Positions 40,701 to 53,549 of a stretch of 64,000 nt of DNA are shown here, piece after piece. The stretch is from positions 6,799 to 70,798 of the forward strand of contig CAMUZI010000004.1 in the NCBI GenBank assembly GCA_947165155.1. Reading direction: 5' to 3'. Source of the stretch: an uncultured Clostridia bacterium. Lineage in GTDB: Bacteria > Bacillota > Clostridia > Oscillospirales > Acutalibacteraceae. The number at the start of each line of letters is the position of its first letter. The stretch's first letter is position 1. Under the pieces are notes generated by a model. It had not been told where the DNA came from. It did not search any database and worked only from the letters and a program-made list of their open reading frames with translations. A program made the position numbers and the translations under genes.

Positions 40701-41044
40701 TTGAAATACGACGCATAAAAATTAAACTACTATACAAATAAAATTTCTACAAAGACCACATTTCTCCTGTTTGTTTTTACCGTAAAACATGGTACATACA
40801 CTATCAAATTTTCTTATTTTTTCCTTTTTTAGCCCTTGGCTATTCCCGATTTTACTTATCTTCAATTTCTAATTGCACGGAATATGATCAATGATTATGA
40901 GTTTCATGAAATTCTCTTCCATCTAGACTAATTTTATTAATGATCATCGAACCTGTTTTACTATATATAGATTTTTACTTTTTTAATAAAACAAAAAAGA
41001 GAGAAAATCTCTCCCTCTTTTTTGATTCTTCACTAGAAAAAATA

Positions 41045-42995
<1,951 letters not shown>

Positions 42996-43021
42996 AAATC
43001 CTCCTCGAACTTCAAAAGTAA

Positions 43022-43048
43022 TCGGCACTCTATTAAAACGAGTGACGA
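43022..43048 (-). promoter_or_regulatory. Degenerate CIRCE (HrcA operator) upstream of groES
   Basis: TCGGCACTC-N9-GAGTGACGA compared with the consensus TTAGCACTC-N9-GAGTGCTAA. The core inverted repeat GCACTC/GAGTG is kept and the spacer is 9 nt. Confidence 0.6.
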
Positions 43049-43136
43049 CTACATTCTATTACTATGATCTAGAAAAATCAACAATGTCTACAGGGTAACT
43101 TCGTTCACTTTCAAAAGAACTTTTTTATTTTGCTTT

Positions 43137-44228
43137 TTATGTCACTATGTCTATTTTAACCATGTTCTCGACTATGATTTTCAGCGACTTAACACACTGT
43201 TTATATACTGAAGGATCAAGATTATCAAACATTTCTTCCCTATTTGACAATATCTTAAGTGCCGTTTTCTTATCTTGTTCCTTACCAGTTTGTAATAGTC
43301 CACTTATTTCTTTAACCTCATCTTTATAATCGCTATTTTTCTGAAGTTCGCGCCAAAATTCCCCGCACAAATACTTCTCACGCCACTTCTGACGATCATT
43401 TATAACTCCTTTTCTTCGTAAATAGTCAATTCGGAAATCTTCTGCAAACCTACACTTATCTCGCCCTTTTTCCTTACAGATTGTACAAGTACCATGGCGA
43501 TCCCAATCTTTCATGTGGTCCTTCACATCACTATCGAATTTTTTAACCATACCCTCTTCACTGAGAAAATCCAAACCAGAGACTATCTTATACAAAACGT
43601 CCACAAGAAATCTCTCACAAAACGTCTTCATCTCTTCTACGTCCGTTCCATATTTAAGAACCGGACAATAATGTTCGGAAATTTTCTCAGGATGCTCGAT
43701 GTTTAACTCACACAATGTACATCCAGATGCTTTGACCACACCAGAAAGTGCATAATCCTTGCAACTTCCCCCATGAGTAAAATAATGTTCCTTTCGATGG
43801 CAAACAGAGCATCCCGAATCACCAATTAATTTTCCACAATATAAATTGTAAGTGATTGATTTTTTGCCAAGAGACAAGATAACCTCTTTTACTTCTTTGC
43901 CAGTTTTCTTTACATAGATAGGAGTCGGTGGGGTAGGGTTAAAATAATCATCATCTTCATATTCACGATAAACTGCCTCATACCAAACACCGTCCACTAA
44001 TTTTACTGTAATTTTACACCTTAAATTTTTACTATCTTTCACACCAAAAGCCAACTCTACTCTAGTTAAAACTTCATTAAAGATTTCTTCTGAAATCCCC
44101 CGCTCCTTCCGTTCCTTGTTAATTTCCTTATCTAAGCTCATTACCTGTTGAGGTTGTTGCAACATCTGCGCCGCACCTTGCATATCATTGAACTCCGTAA
44201 ATTGCATTGGTACACCAAATCCATTCAT
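43137..44228 (-). CDS. Cys/His-rich protein of unknown function with Q-rich N-terminus
   Basis: ATG 44228 lies 8 nt after GGAGG. There is no signal peptide. Clusters: C-x7-CSVCH, H-x3-C, CTLC, H-x6-H-x-C and HGTCTIC-x7-C. Confidence 0.7.
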   Translation of the reverse strand: MNGFGVPMQFTEFNDMQGAAQMLQQPQQVMSLDKEINKERKERGISEEIFNEVLTRVELAFGVKDSKNLRCKITVKLVDGVWYEAVYREYEDDDYFNPTPPTPIYVKKTGKEVKEVILSLGKKSITYNLYCGKLIGDSGCSVCHRKEHYFTHGGSCKDYALSGVVKASGCTLCELNIEHPEKISEHYCPVLKYGTDVEEMKTFCERFLVDVLYKIVSGLDFLSEEGMVKKFDSDVKDHMKDWDRHGTCTICKEKGRDKCRFAEDFRIDYLRRKGVINDRQKWREKYLCGEFWRELQKNSDYKDEVKEISGLLQTGKEQDKKTALKILSNREEMFDNLDPSVYKQCVKSLKIIVENMVKIDIVT

Positions 44229-44529
44229 AAAAAAATCCTCCAAAGTAAAAAAATATAAGATAAAAAATAAATTGTGTAGCTACACAATTTTCCATCATAA
44301 AACAACTAATTGTAATTGTCAAGCAAAACGTGTTAAAAAGCATTGCTAAAATAGATAAATAAAGCAAAATAATTCGAGCACACCAGTCAAAAAAACAGTA
44401 GAAATAAAGTAATCATCAGACTTTATTCCCTCATTTTTCGAGTGATAGTTTCACGATTTCTATCCACCTTTAGCAATACCCTGCCAAAACAGAAGTGCAA
44501 GAAACAGAATTAGCTAAAAAACTCCTCTA

Positions 44530-44764
44530 CTACTGCATATCTCTTCTAACTTTATTTAAAGTGTCCCAATTCCATTCATCGAGACTATAATTGTGACGTT
44601 TTGCATAAGCTTTTTGCTTCCCCCATACTGTGACATCTCAGTACAACTTCCCCACTTTCGTCATCAATTACCTCATACGGTCTCTCACTATCATTACCGT
44701 AACGATACGTTGCTCCCCCGGCAATTTTATCATGATCATTCTCGTTAATCTTATTAATTGCCAT
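44530..44764 (-). pseudogene. Small protein with double-glycine-type leader, frame interrupted at a C5/G5 run
   Basis: ATG 44764 follows GGAGG. The leader-like MAINKINENDHDKIAGG is followed by ATYRYGNDSERPYEVIDDESGEVVLRCHS. After the homopolymer at 44620-44624 a coherent C-terminus (KAYAKRHNYSLDEWNWDTLNKVRRDMQ) continues in another frame to the stop at 44530. Confidence 0.5.
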
Positions 44765-45017
44765 CACGATCACCTCCATATGTTCATATTATACAATATA
44801 AAGTTACAAAAATCAATATATATCACAAAAAGCCGCACTTCTTTATAAGAAGTGCACACCATTTGCAATTTTAACCTATCCTAACATACCATACCCCACA
44901 TTCATGCTCTTAACAACTGATATTAAACGTGTTTCAGCAACTTTAATTAGAATCAACAATAATTTTGCTATTTACTTGCTTTTTAATGTTTTTTTCAACA
45001 CGGACAATCAAATTTAA

Positions 45018-45596
45018 TTAATAATCACCATATACATCTATGCAATTATCAACCTTGTCTGCAAGTATGTAAAAAAACAACTCACGCTCAATAGAATTAA
45101 GTTCATTATAAAATTTAAAAAAATATTTTTCTATTAAATAATCAGCTAACGCTCTTCTCTCACTGCAATAATCATTAGGTCCGTTACCGTATTCTCCTAC
45201 ACCATCTAATCTATAACCAACACCTTCCTTTGTCAGAACACATTCGAATCTCATTCTTCGTTCTGGCTTAGTATCTTCAAAACGCAAGACCTCAAAATTA
45301 CCATTTTTAAAAACATTTATAGCAAACGGCATGCTACCGTAATCACGACGTTTATCTTCTTCTAAAGAAGCACTGATCCCATCGTCGGGTATTACATCAG
45401 TGTTAACACATTTCAATAACGGAATAGCTTCCAAAATTCTTCTCGAAAAAGCATCTTCAAGCATTTCAGCCTTCTCAGGACATGATTCATAAAACTTTCC
45501 AACTGACTGTGGCATTGGAAATAATGCCATGGAAACTGAAGAAGAAAGTAATGCTGAAGAAACTAGAGAACTTGCTAAAAAACGCATAAGTTTCAT
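45018..45596 (-). CDS. Secreted protein of unknown function
   Basis: GGAGG RBS. Signal-peptide-like MKLMRFLASSLVSSALLSSSVSMA; 192 aa; no family recognised. Confidence 0.65.
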   Translation of the reverse strand: MKLMRFLASSLVSSALLSSSVSMALFPMPQSVGKFYESCPEKAEMLEDAFSRRILEAIPLLKCVNTDVIPDDGISASLEEDKRRDYGSMPFAINVFKNGNFEVLRFEDTKPERRMRFECVLTKEGVGYRLDGVGEYGNGPNDYCSERRALADYLIEKYFFKFYNELNSIERELFFYILADKVDNCIDVYGDY

Positions 45597-45663
45597 ATTG
45601 AAACCTCCAAATATAAATGTACTCTACATTTTGCAGAGCCTTTGGTATGATACAAAATTAAAT

Positions 45664-45698
45664 AAAAAAATCAAGCACCCCTAAATCAGAGGTGCCTA
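45664..45698 (-). terminator. Rho-independent terminator immediately after dnaK
   Basis: The minus strand reads AGGCACCTCTGATTTAGGGGTGCTT followed by GATTTTTTT. Confidence 0.7.
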
Positions 45699-45715
45699 AA
45701 ATTATTATTTTAATC

Positions 45716-47587
<1,872 letters not shown>

Positions 47588-47594
47588 TTAAATA

Positions 47595-48134
47595 TTAGCC
47601 AGAAACCTGAACCATAGCGGCGCGAATTAACCGACCTCCGATTTTGTAACCCTTCTGATAGACATCAGATATCACTGTTTTCCCATCATCACTACTCTCA
47701 TCAGATTTCGAGCTTGCATTATGAATACTAGGATCAAACTCATCTCCTACTTCTCCAAAAGATTCCACTCCCAATTTTTTCAAAGAGTCATGCATCTTTT
47801 TGAGAATCATATTCACTCCTTTAGAGTATTTCTCTTCCATCTCCGAAAACATAGGAAGCGTTCTTTCAATATCGTCGACCGTAGGCAACAAAACAGAAAC
47901 TACCTCACTAACAGCATCCGAATGAATTCTAATTTTTTCTTTCTTACTCCGTTCCTGATAATTCTTATATTCTGCCGCCAAACGAAGATATTTATCATTT
48001 AGTTCCAGAATTTTTTTAGAAAGCTTCTCATTTTCTCCCCTTAGAGACTCTATTTCTGAACTATCAAGCGGAGTATCTTTTTCGATGTCTTCATCTTCCG
48101 GAGTTTCATTGATTTCTTCATCATCCTTATTCAT
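47595..48134 (-). CDS. grpE: Nucleotide exchange factor GrpE
   Basis: Acidic N-terminus, coiled coil with RLAAEYKNYQERSKKE, and C-terminal GYKIGGRLIRAAMVQV. Confidence 0.93.
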   Translation of the reverse strand: MNKDDEEINETPEDEDIEKDTPLDSSEIESLRGENEKLSKKILELNDKYLRLAAEYKNYQERSKKEKIRIHSDAVSEVVSVLLPTVDDIERTLPMFSEMEEKYSKGVNMILKKMHDSLKKLGVESFGEVGDEFDPSIHNASSKSDESSDDGKTVISDVYQKGYKIGGRLIRAAMVQVSG

Positions 48135-48149
48135 TTTTATCGCCCCCTT

Positions 48150-48487
48150 TCAATTTTATATGTCAAAATGTTATAAATTCAGTATTTTAGAAAGCATTTT
48201 CTGAACAATTTTGACTACGTAATTCAATTTTCCAATCACTCTAGAATAACCCATTCCGATTGTTCTTATAATACAAGTCATAACCTGATTCACAGCGAAG
48301 ATACTATATTTTTTAGTTTTAATCGAACATCCTGAAAGGCCGCTAAATGAAGATATTTATTGTTTAGTTCCAAAATCTCTTTATAAAGCTTCTCATTTTC
48401 TAGCCTTAAAGCTTCTATCTTCGAAACACCTTCTTTGATGTTTCCATCTTTCTGAGTTTTATTGATTTTTATATTATCCTTGTTCAT
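48150..48487 (-). pseudogene. Relic of a 353-bp tandem duplication: hrcA 3-prime end copy plus truncated grpE 5-prime copy
   Basis: 48131-48265 aligns with 48484-48615 (hrcA end, spacer, grpE start). ORF 48290..48487 (MNKDNIKINKTQKD..LENEKLYKEILELNNKYLHLAA) is a diverged, truncated copy of the GrpE N-terminus. Confidence 0.8.
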
Positions 48488-48521
48488 TTTTATCGCCTCC
48501 CTTCAACTAGGTATCAAAATT

Positions 48522-49544
48522 TTACAAATTCAGTATCTTAGAAAGCATTTTTTGAACAATCTCGACTACGTAATTCAATTTTCCAATCACGTTAGAATAA
48601 TCCATTCTGATTGGTCCTATAACGCATATTGCCCCTTCACTCATATCAGAAACGCGATACCTTTCAACCGTAACTGAATATCTTGAAAAAACATCAATGT
48701 TACTATCGTCTCCCAAATAAACTTTTATCTTACTTAGACTAGCAAAAATAAAATCGTCGAATTCATCACTTTCTATAAAATTTAGTATTTCAAAAGCTCT
48801 CGAAACTTCACTGAATTGAAATAAATTCTTCTTGCCTTCAATTCCTATTCTATTTTTGCAAATCTTTTCCAGAGCACTAAATGAAGCTCTAAATGCCGTT
48901 TCCATAATGATGTTTTCTCCATTGTACGAAGAAATAATCTTGTTCATATTCGAGGAAAGATCATTCAAATTACTATTTACAAACTCATTATTTACGCATC
49001 GCTCGAATGCATGTAAAACATCATCACTTATCTCAAAGTCACAGTTAAATATCTGATTTTGCACCATACCTGAGGAAGTAATCAGAACTATCATCGAAGT
49101 ATATTTCCCAATTTTTATAAACTTTACTTCTTTTATGAACGAACATTTGACCGGCGGAGGTGCAAATACAACTGTACAATCGGTTATCTGAGATAATATG
49201 CTACAGGCTTCCCTCAAAACACTTTCAGGATCAAACAAGTTTCCACTAAACATGCTCAGTATTTTGTTTTTTTCATCTTGCGAAATTGCCCCATAGACCA
49301 TGTTGTTAATATAAATCCGATAACCGTCCACTGAGGGAACACGTCCAGCGGAGACGTGAGGTTGTTCTAAAAATCCCATAGCAGTAAGAGACGCCATTTC
49401 GTTGCGAATCGTAGATGCAGACGGCGAATTTTCAAGAAGCTCATAAACGACTTTCGATCCAACAGGTTCTCCCGTTTGAATATATCTTTCCACGATTGAC
49501 ATTAGTATTTTCAAAGTTCGAAATTTCAGATCTAATAATATCAC
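48522..49544 (-). CDS. hrcA: Heat-inducible transcription repressor HrcA
   Basis: N-terminal winged helix (LKILMSIVERYIQTGEPVGSKVV), LEQPHVSAGRVPS, 340 aa. The exact start is uncertain because GTG 49544 abuts the RBS-like AGGAAGG. Confidence 0.9.
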   Translation of the reverse strand: MILLDLKFRTLKILMSIVERYIQTGEPVGSKVVYELLENSPSASTIRNEMASLTAMGFLEQPHVSAGRVPSVDGYRIYINNMVYGAISQDEKNKILSMFSGNLFDPESVLREACSILSQITDCTVVFAPPPVKCSFIKEVKFIKIGKYTSMIVLITSSGMVQNQIFNCDFEISDDVLHAFERCVNNEFVNSNLNDLSSNMNKIISSYNGENIIMETAFRASFSALEKICKNRIGIEGKKNLFQFSEVSRAFEILNFIESDEFDDFIFASLSKIKVYLGDDSNIDVFSRYSVTVERYRVSDMSEGAICVIGPIRMDYSNVIGKLNYVVEIVQKMLSKILNL

Positions 49545-49554
49545 CTTCCTTTTT

Positions 49555-49581
49555 TTGGCACTCTATCCACTAGAGTGACAA
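49555..49581 (-). promoter_or_regulatory. CIRCE operator upstream of hrcA
   Basis: TTGGCACTC-N9-GAGTGACAA; 15 of 18 positions match TTAGCACTC-N9-GAGTGCTAA. Confidence 0.7.
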
Positions 49582-49750
49582 TTCTTAATTTACCACGATC
49601 ATTTGAGTATGTCAATAGGTTTTGAAAAAATATTTTTTTATTTTTATATTTTACAAAATCAATGTATTTCACAGTAAATTTATAAAAAAACTGAGGAACA
49701 TTAAATTCCTCAGAAACGTCTAACACACATCGAAAATACAATATCAATCA

Positions 49751-50694
49751 CTAAGATGATTCACTCAGCCATCCTTTAATTTCTTCAGCATTAAAGCTAT
49801 CCCAATCAACAACCCTAAAAAGTTTCGAGGCAACTGAGGATAAGATTCCATACTTTAATAAATGGTTGTTGATGTTAAATTTAAACCCAATTTTCTTCAA
49901 CATATAATCAGCCAATAAAAATAACACAAATCCTTTAATTCTACCCTGATCATCAGCATTATAATAACTACAGTAATCAGCATAAGTAATAGTCTCAATC
50001 TTTTCATCTTTCACTATGAAATACACCATTCCGCCTTGGTTTGCATTTTGGACAATGAACTTAGGAGCTCCGCCCAAAGTAGCAAGGCCCAACGTCGTTA
50101 TCAAACAAGTAAATCCATCATTACTAAAATCTTTAAATCCAACCTTAGCAATACGCGGCGCTACATCCTCATCATCAGTGATAGCATTAATAAATTTCGC
50201 ATAACTCATTTTAGCCTCACTCGCGTCAGGTGAAATAGAACCAAGTGCAGCTTCCAAAGATAACTTCTCATTCCGTAACTGGTTAAGCTGCTCATCATCT
50301 CCACCTGACGTATTAGACTGATTGACCAACTTCTTGTACTTATGCCAATCATATAACTTCGTCCCCCCCAACTTGCCAAACCAGCGACCGCAGTGCCCGA
50401 ACCGCCACCCGTAAGAAACCACAATGGACTAAACTTATTACCATTACCCTTACTAGTTGCGGCACTCTTTGTGGCAAAACTTTTTACCTTAGAATTTTCA
50501 GAACCATTTTTCTCACTACTCACCAGAGCAGTACTCTTACCCTTCCGAGCATCCTTCTTCCGTTTTCTTATATCACTTACACTATCAGTTCTTCTACTTT
50601 TAGATTCGTATTTCTTTGCTGCATACGATGGATAATTAGACATAAAAGCCGAACTACCTAAAAGCAAAGCAAAAAATCGCAGAACTTTATTCAT
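49751..50694 (-). pseudogene. Secreted K/R-rich protein split by a frameshift at a G7/C7 tract
   Basis: ORF 50206..50712 holds a signal peptide (MNKVLRFFALLLGSSAFMSNYPSYA), a basic region, and LTGGGSGTAVAGLASWGG. ORF 49751..50422 continues with TKLYDWHKYKK.. and a C-terminal domain. The two join seamlessly at the C7 run 50363-50369 if one base is added or removed. Confidence 0.7.
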
Positions 50695-50920
50695 AACAAA
50701 CAACTTCCCCAAAATTTAGATAGGACAAAACAATACACCAGCCCTAGAATATTATAATTTGTATAAATTTATCAATCGTCTAATGTGAGCTTTTGTTTTA
50801 TGATATTTTACTTTTTAATATTTTCTTTTATGTATTGTAAAAAAATGTTTTGTGAATTTCGTTATTATACTTTGCCTTGTTAATTTTACCTGTCTCTTTT
50901 ATTTTGTTGAAATTTATGAA

Positions 50921-51703
50921 ATGATGATGTACGATAAGAAAATGAACTTTAATATTTCGAAAGTTAATCCTGCTGTGAGGGTCGTTTTATCTATTATTCT
51001 GGCTATTTTACAAACTTTTTCATTTAGTTTGTGTTCTAGGCTTCTCCTTTTTCTAGTTGCATTATCTCTGACAATTATTTTTCGTTTAAAAATAAAAGTT
51101 AATTTTAAGGTCTTGGGCATAGTGTTTTCGATTATTTTTATTTCGAGTTTTTTTGGTGATAGTAAGGGGCCTTTTTTTGAATTTGGATTTATAAAATTGA
51201 GCTACAATCTGATTGCCACTTTTTTGACTATGATTCTAAGTACCATGACGTTTTGGATGTTCTCAGTTATATTTTTAAATTCTATCCCTCCTGATGATGT
51301 TTCATATGTTGTCGATCTTTTGATGATTCCCATGAGAAAATTAAAGGTCAACGTTAATGAAGTTTCTATGATTATAATACTCGCACTTAGGTTCATGCCT
51401 GTTATACTTAGCGAAAGCAAAAAGATCATGATTGTTCAAGAATCCAGGGGCGCAGGAATCTCTGATGGTTCGTTTTTTAAAAGAATTAAATATATGTTGC
51501 CAGTATTTATTCCTATATTTTCATCATGTTTTAGACGTGCTATAAATGTTTCTTTGGCGATGGAATCGAGATGTTATGGCGCGCCTTATAAACGGACAAG
51601 TTTGCGTAAAAACAAGTTTGGTTATGCTGATTTCTTACTTGGTGTATTTACCCTGTGTTTGATTATCGGAGTGTTATATTGCAATCAGATCAAAATTTTT
51701 TAA
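50921..51703 (+). CDS. ecfT: ECF transporter transmembrane component EcfT
   Basis: Polytopic, with QESRGAG..FKR and AMESRCYG motifs typical of EcfT, and located directly before truA as in many Firmicutes. The start is uncertain (ATG 50921-50927 or GTG 50852). Confidence 0.8.
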   Translation: MMMYDKKMNFNISKVNPAVRVVLSIILAILQTFSFSLCSRLLLFLVALSLTIIFRLKIKVNFKVLGIVFSIIFISSFFGDSKGPFFEFGFIKLSYNLIATFLTMILSTMTFWMFSVIFLNSIPPDDVSYVVDLLMIPMRKLKVNVNEVSMIIILALRFMPVILSESKKIMIVQESRGAGISDGSFFKRIKYMLPVFIPIFSSCFRRAINVSLAMESRCYGAPYKRTSLRKNKFGYADFLLGVFTLCLIIGVLYCNQIKIF

Positions 51704-52440
51704 TGGTTTTAAGATTTTTGGGTACTAACTTTCATGGATGGCAAATTCAAAAAAATGCTATCTCTGTTCAGGAGGCGTTTCAAGATGCTCTTTTTCAAGT
51801 AACTAAGTCGGTTATTGATATAAAAGGATGTTCTCGTACAGATTCTGGGGTTCATGCTAATTCTTATTGTGTGAGTGCAAGAATAAGTATAGAGATAAAT
51901 GAAAAAAATCTAGCATTAGCAATAAATAAATTTCTTCCAAACGATATTAGAGTAATGAAATGCATCAAAGTAAATAATGATTTTCATGCGCGGTATTCAT
52001 GCATAGCAAAGGAGTATGTTTATTTGATTTATCATGATTATGTTCTAGATCCTTTTTTACATGGAAGATGTTTGCATTTTTGGTACCCTTTAGATATAAA
52101 ATTAATAAACGAGTTAGCAAGTACTTTTGTAGGGACGCACGATTTTAGTGCTTTTTGTACAGAAGATATGAGAGAGAAGAAAAACATGAAGAGAAATGTA
52201 CATCATTTTGTGGTTCAAGAGAAGAATAAGTTGGTTGAATTCAAAATAAAAGCAGATGGTTTTCTTTATAATATGGTGAGAATTTTAATTGGTACATTAT
52301 TAGAAGCCAATTATCGTAAAATGACAAAAGATGATTTGATGAAAATTTTGCTCTCAAAAGATAGAAAACATGCGGGCCCTACGGTGCCACCATGCGGTTT
52401 GTATTTAAATAAAGTATTTTATGAAGAGTTTGTTTTATGA
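51703..52440 (+). CDS. truA: tRNA pseudouridine(38-40) synthase TruA (short N-terminus)
   Basis: FHGWQIQ, CSRTDSGVHAN (catalytic Asp) and GFLYNMVR. ATG 51703 overlaps the ecfT stop (TAATG). Confidence 0.9.
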   Translation: MVLRFLGTNFHGWQIQKNAISVQEAFQDALFQVTKSVIDIKGCSRTDSGVHANSYCVSARISIEINEKNLALAINKFLPNDIRVMKCIKVNNDFHARYSCIAKEYVYLIYHDYVLDPFLHGRCLHFWYPLDIKLINELASTFVGTHDFSAFCTEDMREKKNMKRNVHHFVVQEKNKLVEFKIKADGFLYNMVRILIGTLLEANYRKMTKDDLMKILLSKDRKHAGPTVPPCGLYLNKVFYEEFVL

Positions 52441-53549
52441 AAAAAATTAAAAAAAGATATTTTTTTTTGCTAATAATATTGGTTTCAACCTTAGTGTTTG
52501 GATATATGAACAGGAGATTATTCGAACCTGAAAATTTCAGATATGCAGTTCGTGATTTTAAATCATCAATTAAGGGAGAAAAGGTAAAAAGTCTAAGCTT
52601 TAGGAGTTTTTCGAAGGAAAATGTAGCTTTTTTTGATAATGATCTTGCAATTTTAACTGATTCAAGTTTTACGGTCCTTACTCAGCGTTTTAGAAAAAAG
52701 TTTGAGATTAAGCACAATTTTAAATCTCCGGTTTTGAAGTGCTCAAAATATAAATCTTTGATTTTTGATTCCGAAGGTTATAATTATATTGTGACCAACA
52801 GATTTGAATCTATTAACGAGGGGAAAGTAAAAAATAAGATAATAACAGGTGAAATTTCTGAGAAAGATAACATTATTTTTATAACAGAATCTGATGAGTA
52901 TTTCTGCGAAATGGCAGTCATTAACGTAAGTGGTGAGTACAAATTTCGTTATTTTTTTGCAAATACGTACGTAATTGATGTATCGATCAATGATATCGGA
53001 GACAAAATTGCAATTTGTGGAATGAAATCAGAGAATGGGGTGATAAAGTCAATAGTTCAGATATTTGATATAAAAAGCGAAACACCCGTTTTTTCAAAAG
53101 AATTCGAAGATAAATTTATGTCTATCAACTTTTTTGACGACAGAGATTGTATGTTGATCGGGAACAAATCCATCATATGCGTAAAAAACGTAGGGGAGGA
53201 AATATTAGAGATTAAACACAACAAGCAAACGTGCCTATTTAGCTTCGATAAGAGCTTCGGGCTAGCAGTTTCAATTTCGCCTTCAAACGATTACAGAAAC
53301 CAAACAATAATGATCATCAACAAGAGTTGTCAAAAAATATCGGAGATAAACACAAGAAAAAACTTAAAATCGATTTATTTCAAAAACAAAATAGTGACCA
53401 CGATGTCTGAAAATCAAGCAACAGCAGTCAAACTGAATGGCAAGATCATATCAAAATCGAAAGTCCCCTCAAATTGCAAAGCATCAATTTTCTTACCTAA
53501 ACCCTCACGTTTCGCTGTTTTTGGTTCTGAGGTTTTGTCATTTTTGTGA
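52437..53549 (+). CDS. Membrane-anchored hypothetical protein (N-terminal TM, beta-rich body)
   Basis: MKKIKKRYFFLLIILVSTLVFGY anchor, 370 aa, overlapping the truA stop. The last ~38 codons lie in the tandem repeat described below. Confidence 0.65.
   Translation: MKKIKKRYFFLLIILVSTLVFGYMNRRLFEPENFRYAVRDFKSSIKGEKVKSLSFRSFSKENVAFFDNDLAILTDSSFTVLTQRFRKKFEIKHNFKSPVLKCSKYKSLIFDSEGYNYIVTNRFESINEGKVKNKIITGEISEKDNIIFITESDEYFCEMAVINVSGEYKFRYFFANTYVIDVSINDIGDKIAICGMKSENGVIKSIVQIFDIKSETPVFSKEFEDKFMSINFFDDRDCMLIGNKSIICVKNVGEEILEIKHNKQTCLFSFDKSFGLAVSISPSNDYRNQTIMIINKSCQKISEINTRKNLKSIYFKNKIVTTMSENQATAVKLNGKIISKSKVPSNCKASIFLPKPSRFAVFGSEVLSFL

Noticed and set aside
40985-41025. Terminator hairpin shared by spoVAD and groEL
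   Set aside because: Only a 5-7 bp AG/CT stem (GAGAG..CTCTC) flanked by A/T runs. It is plausible but too weak to list as a supported feature.
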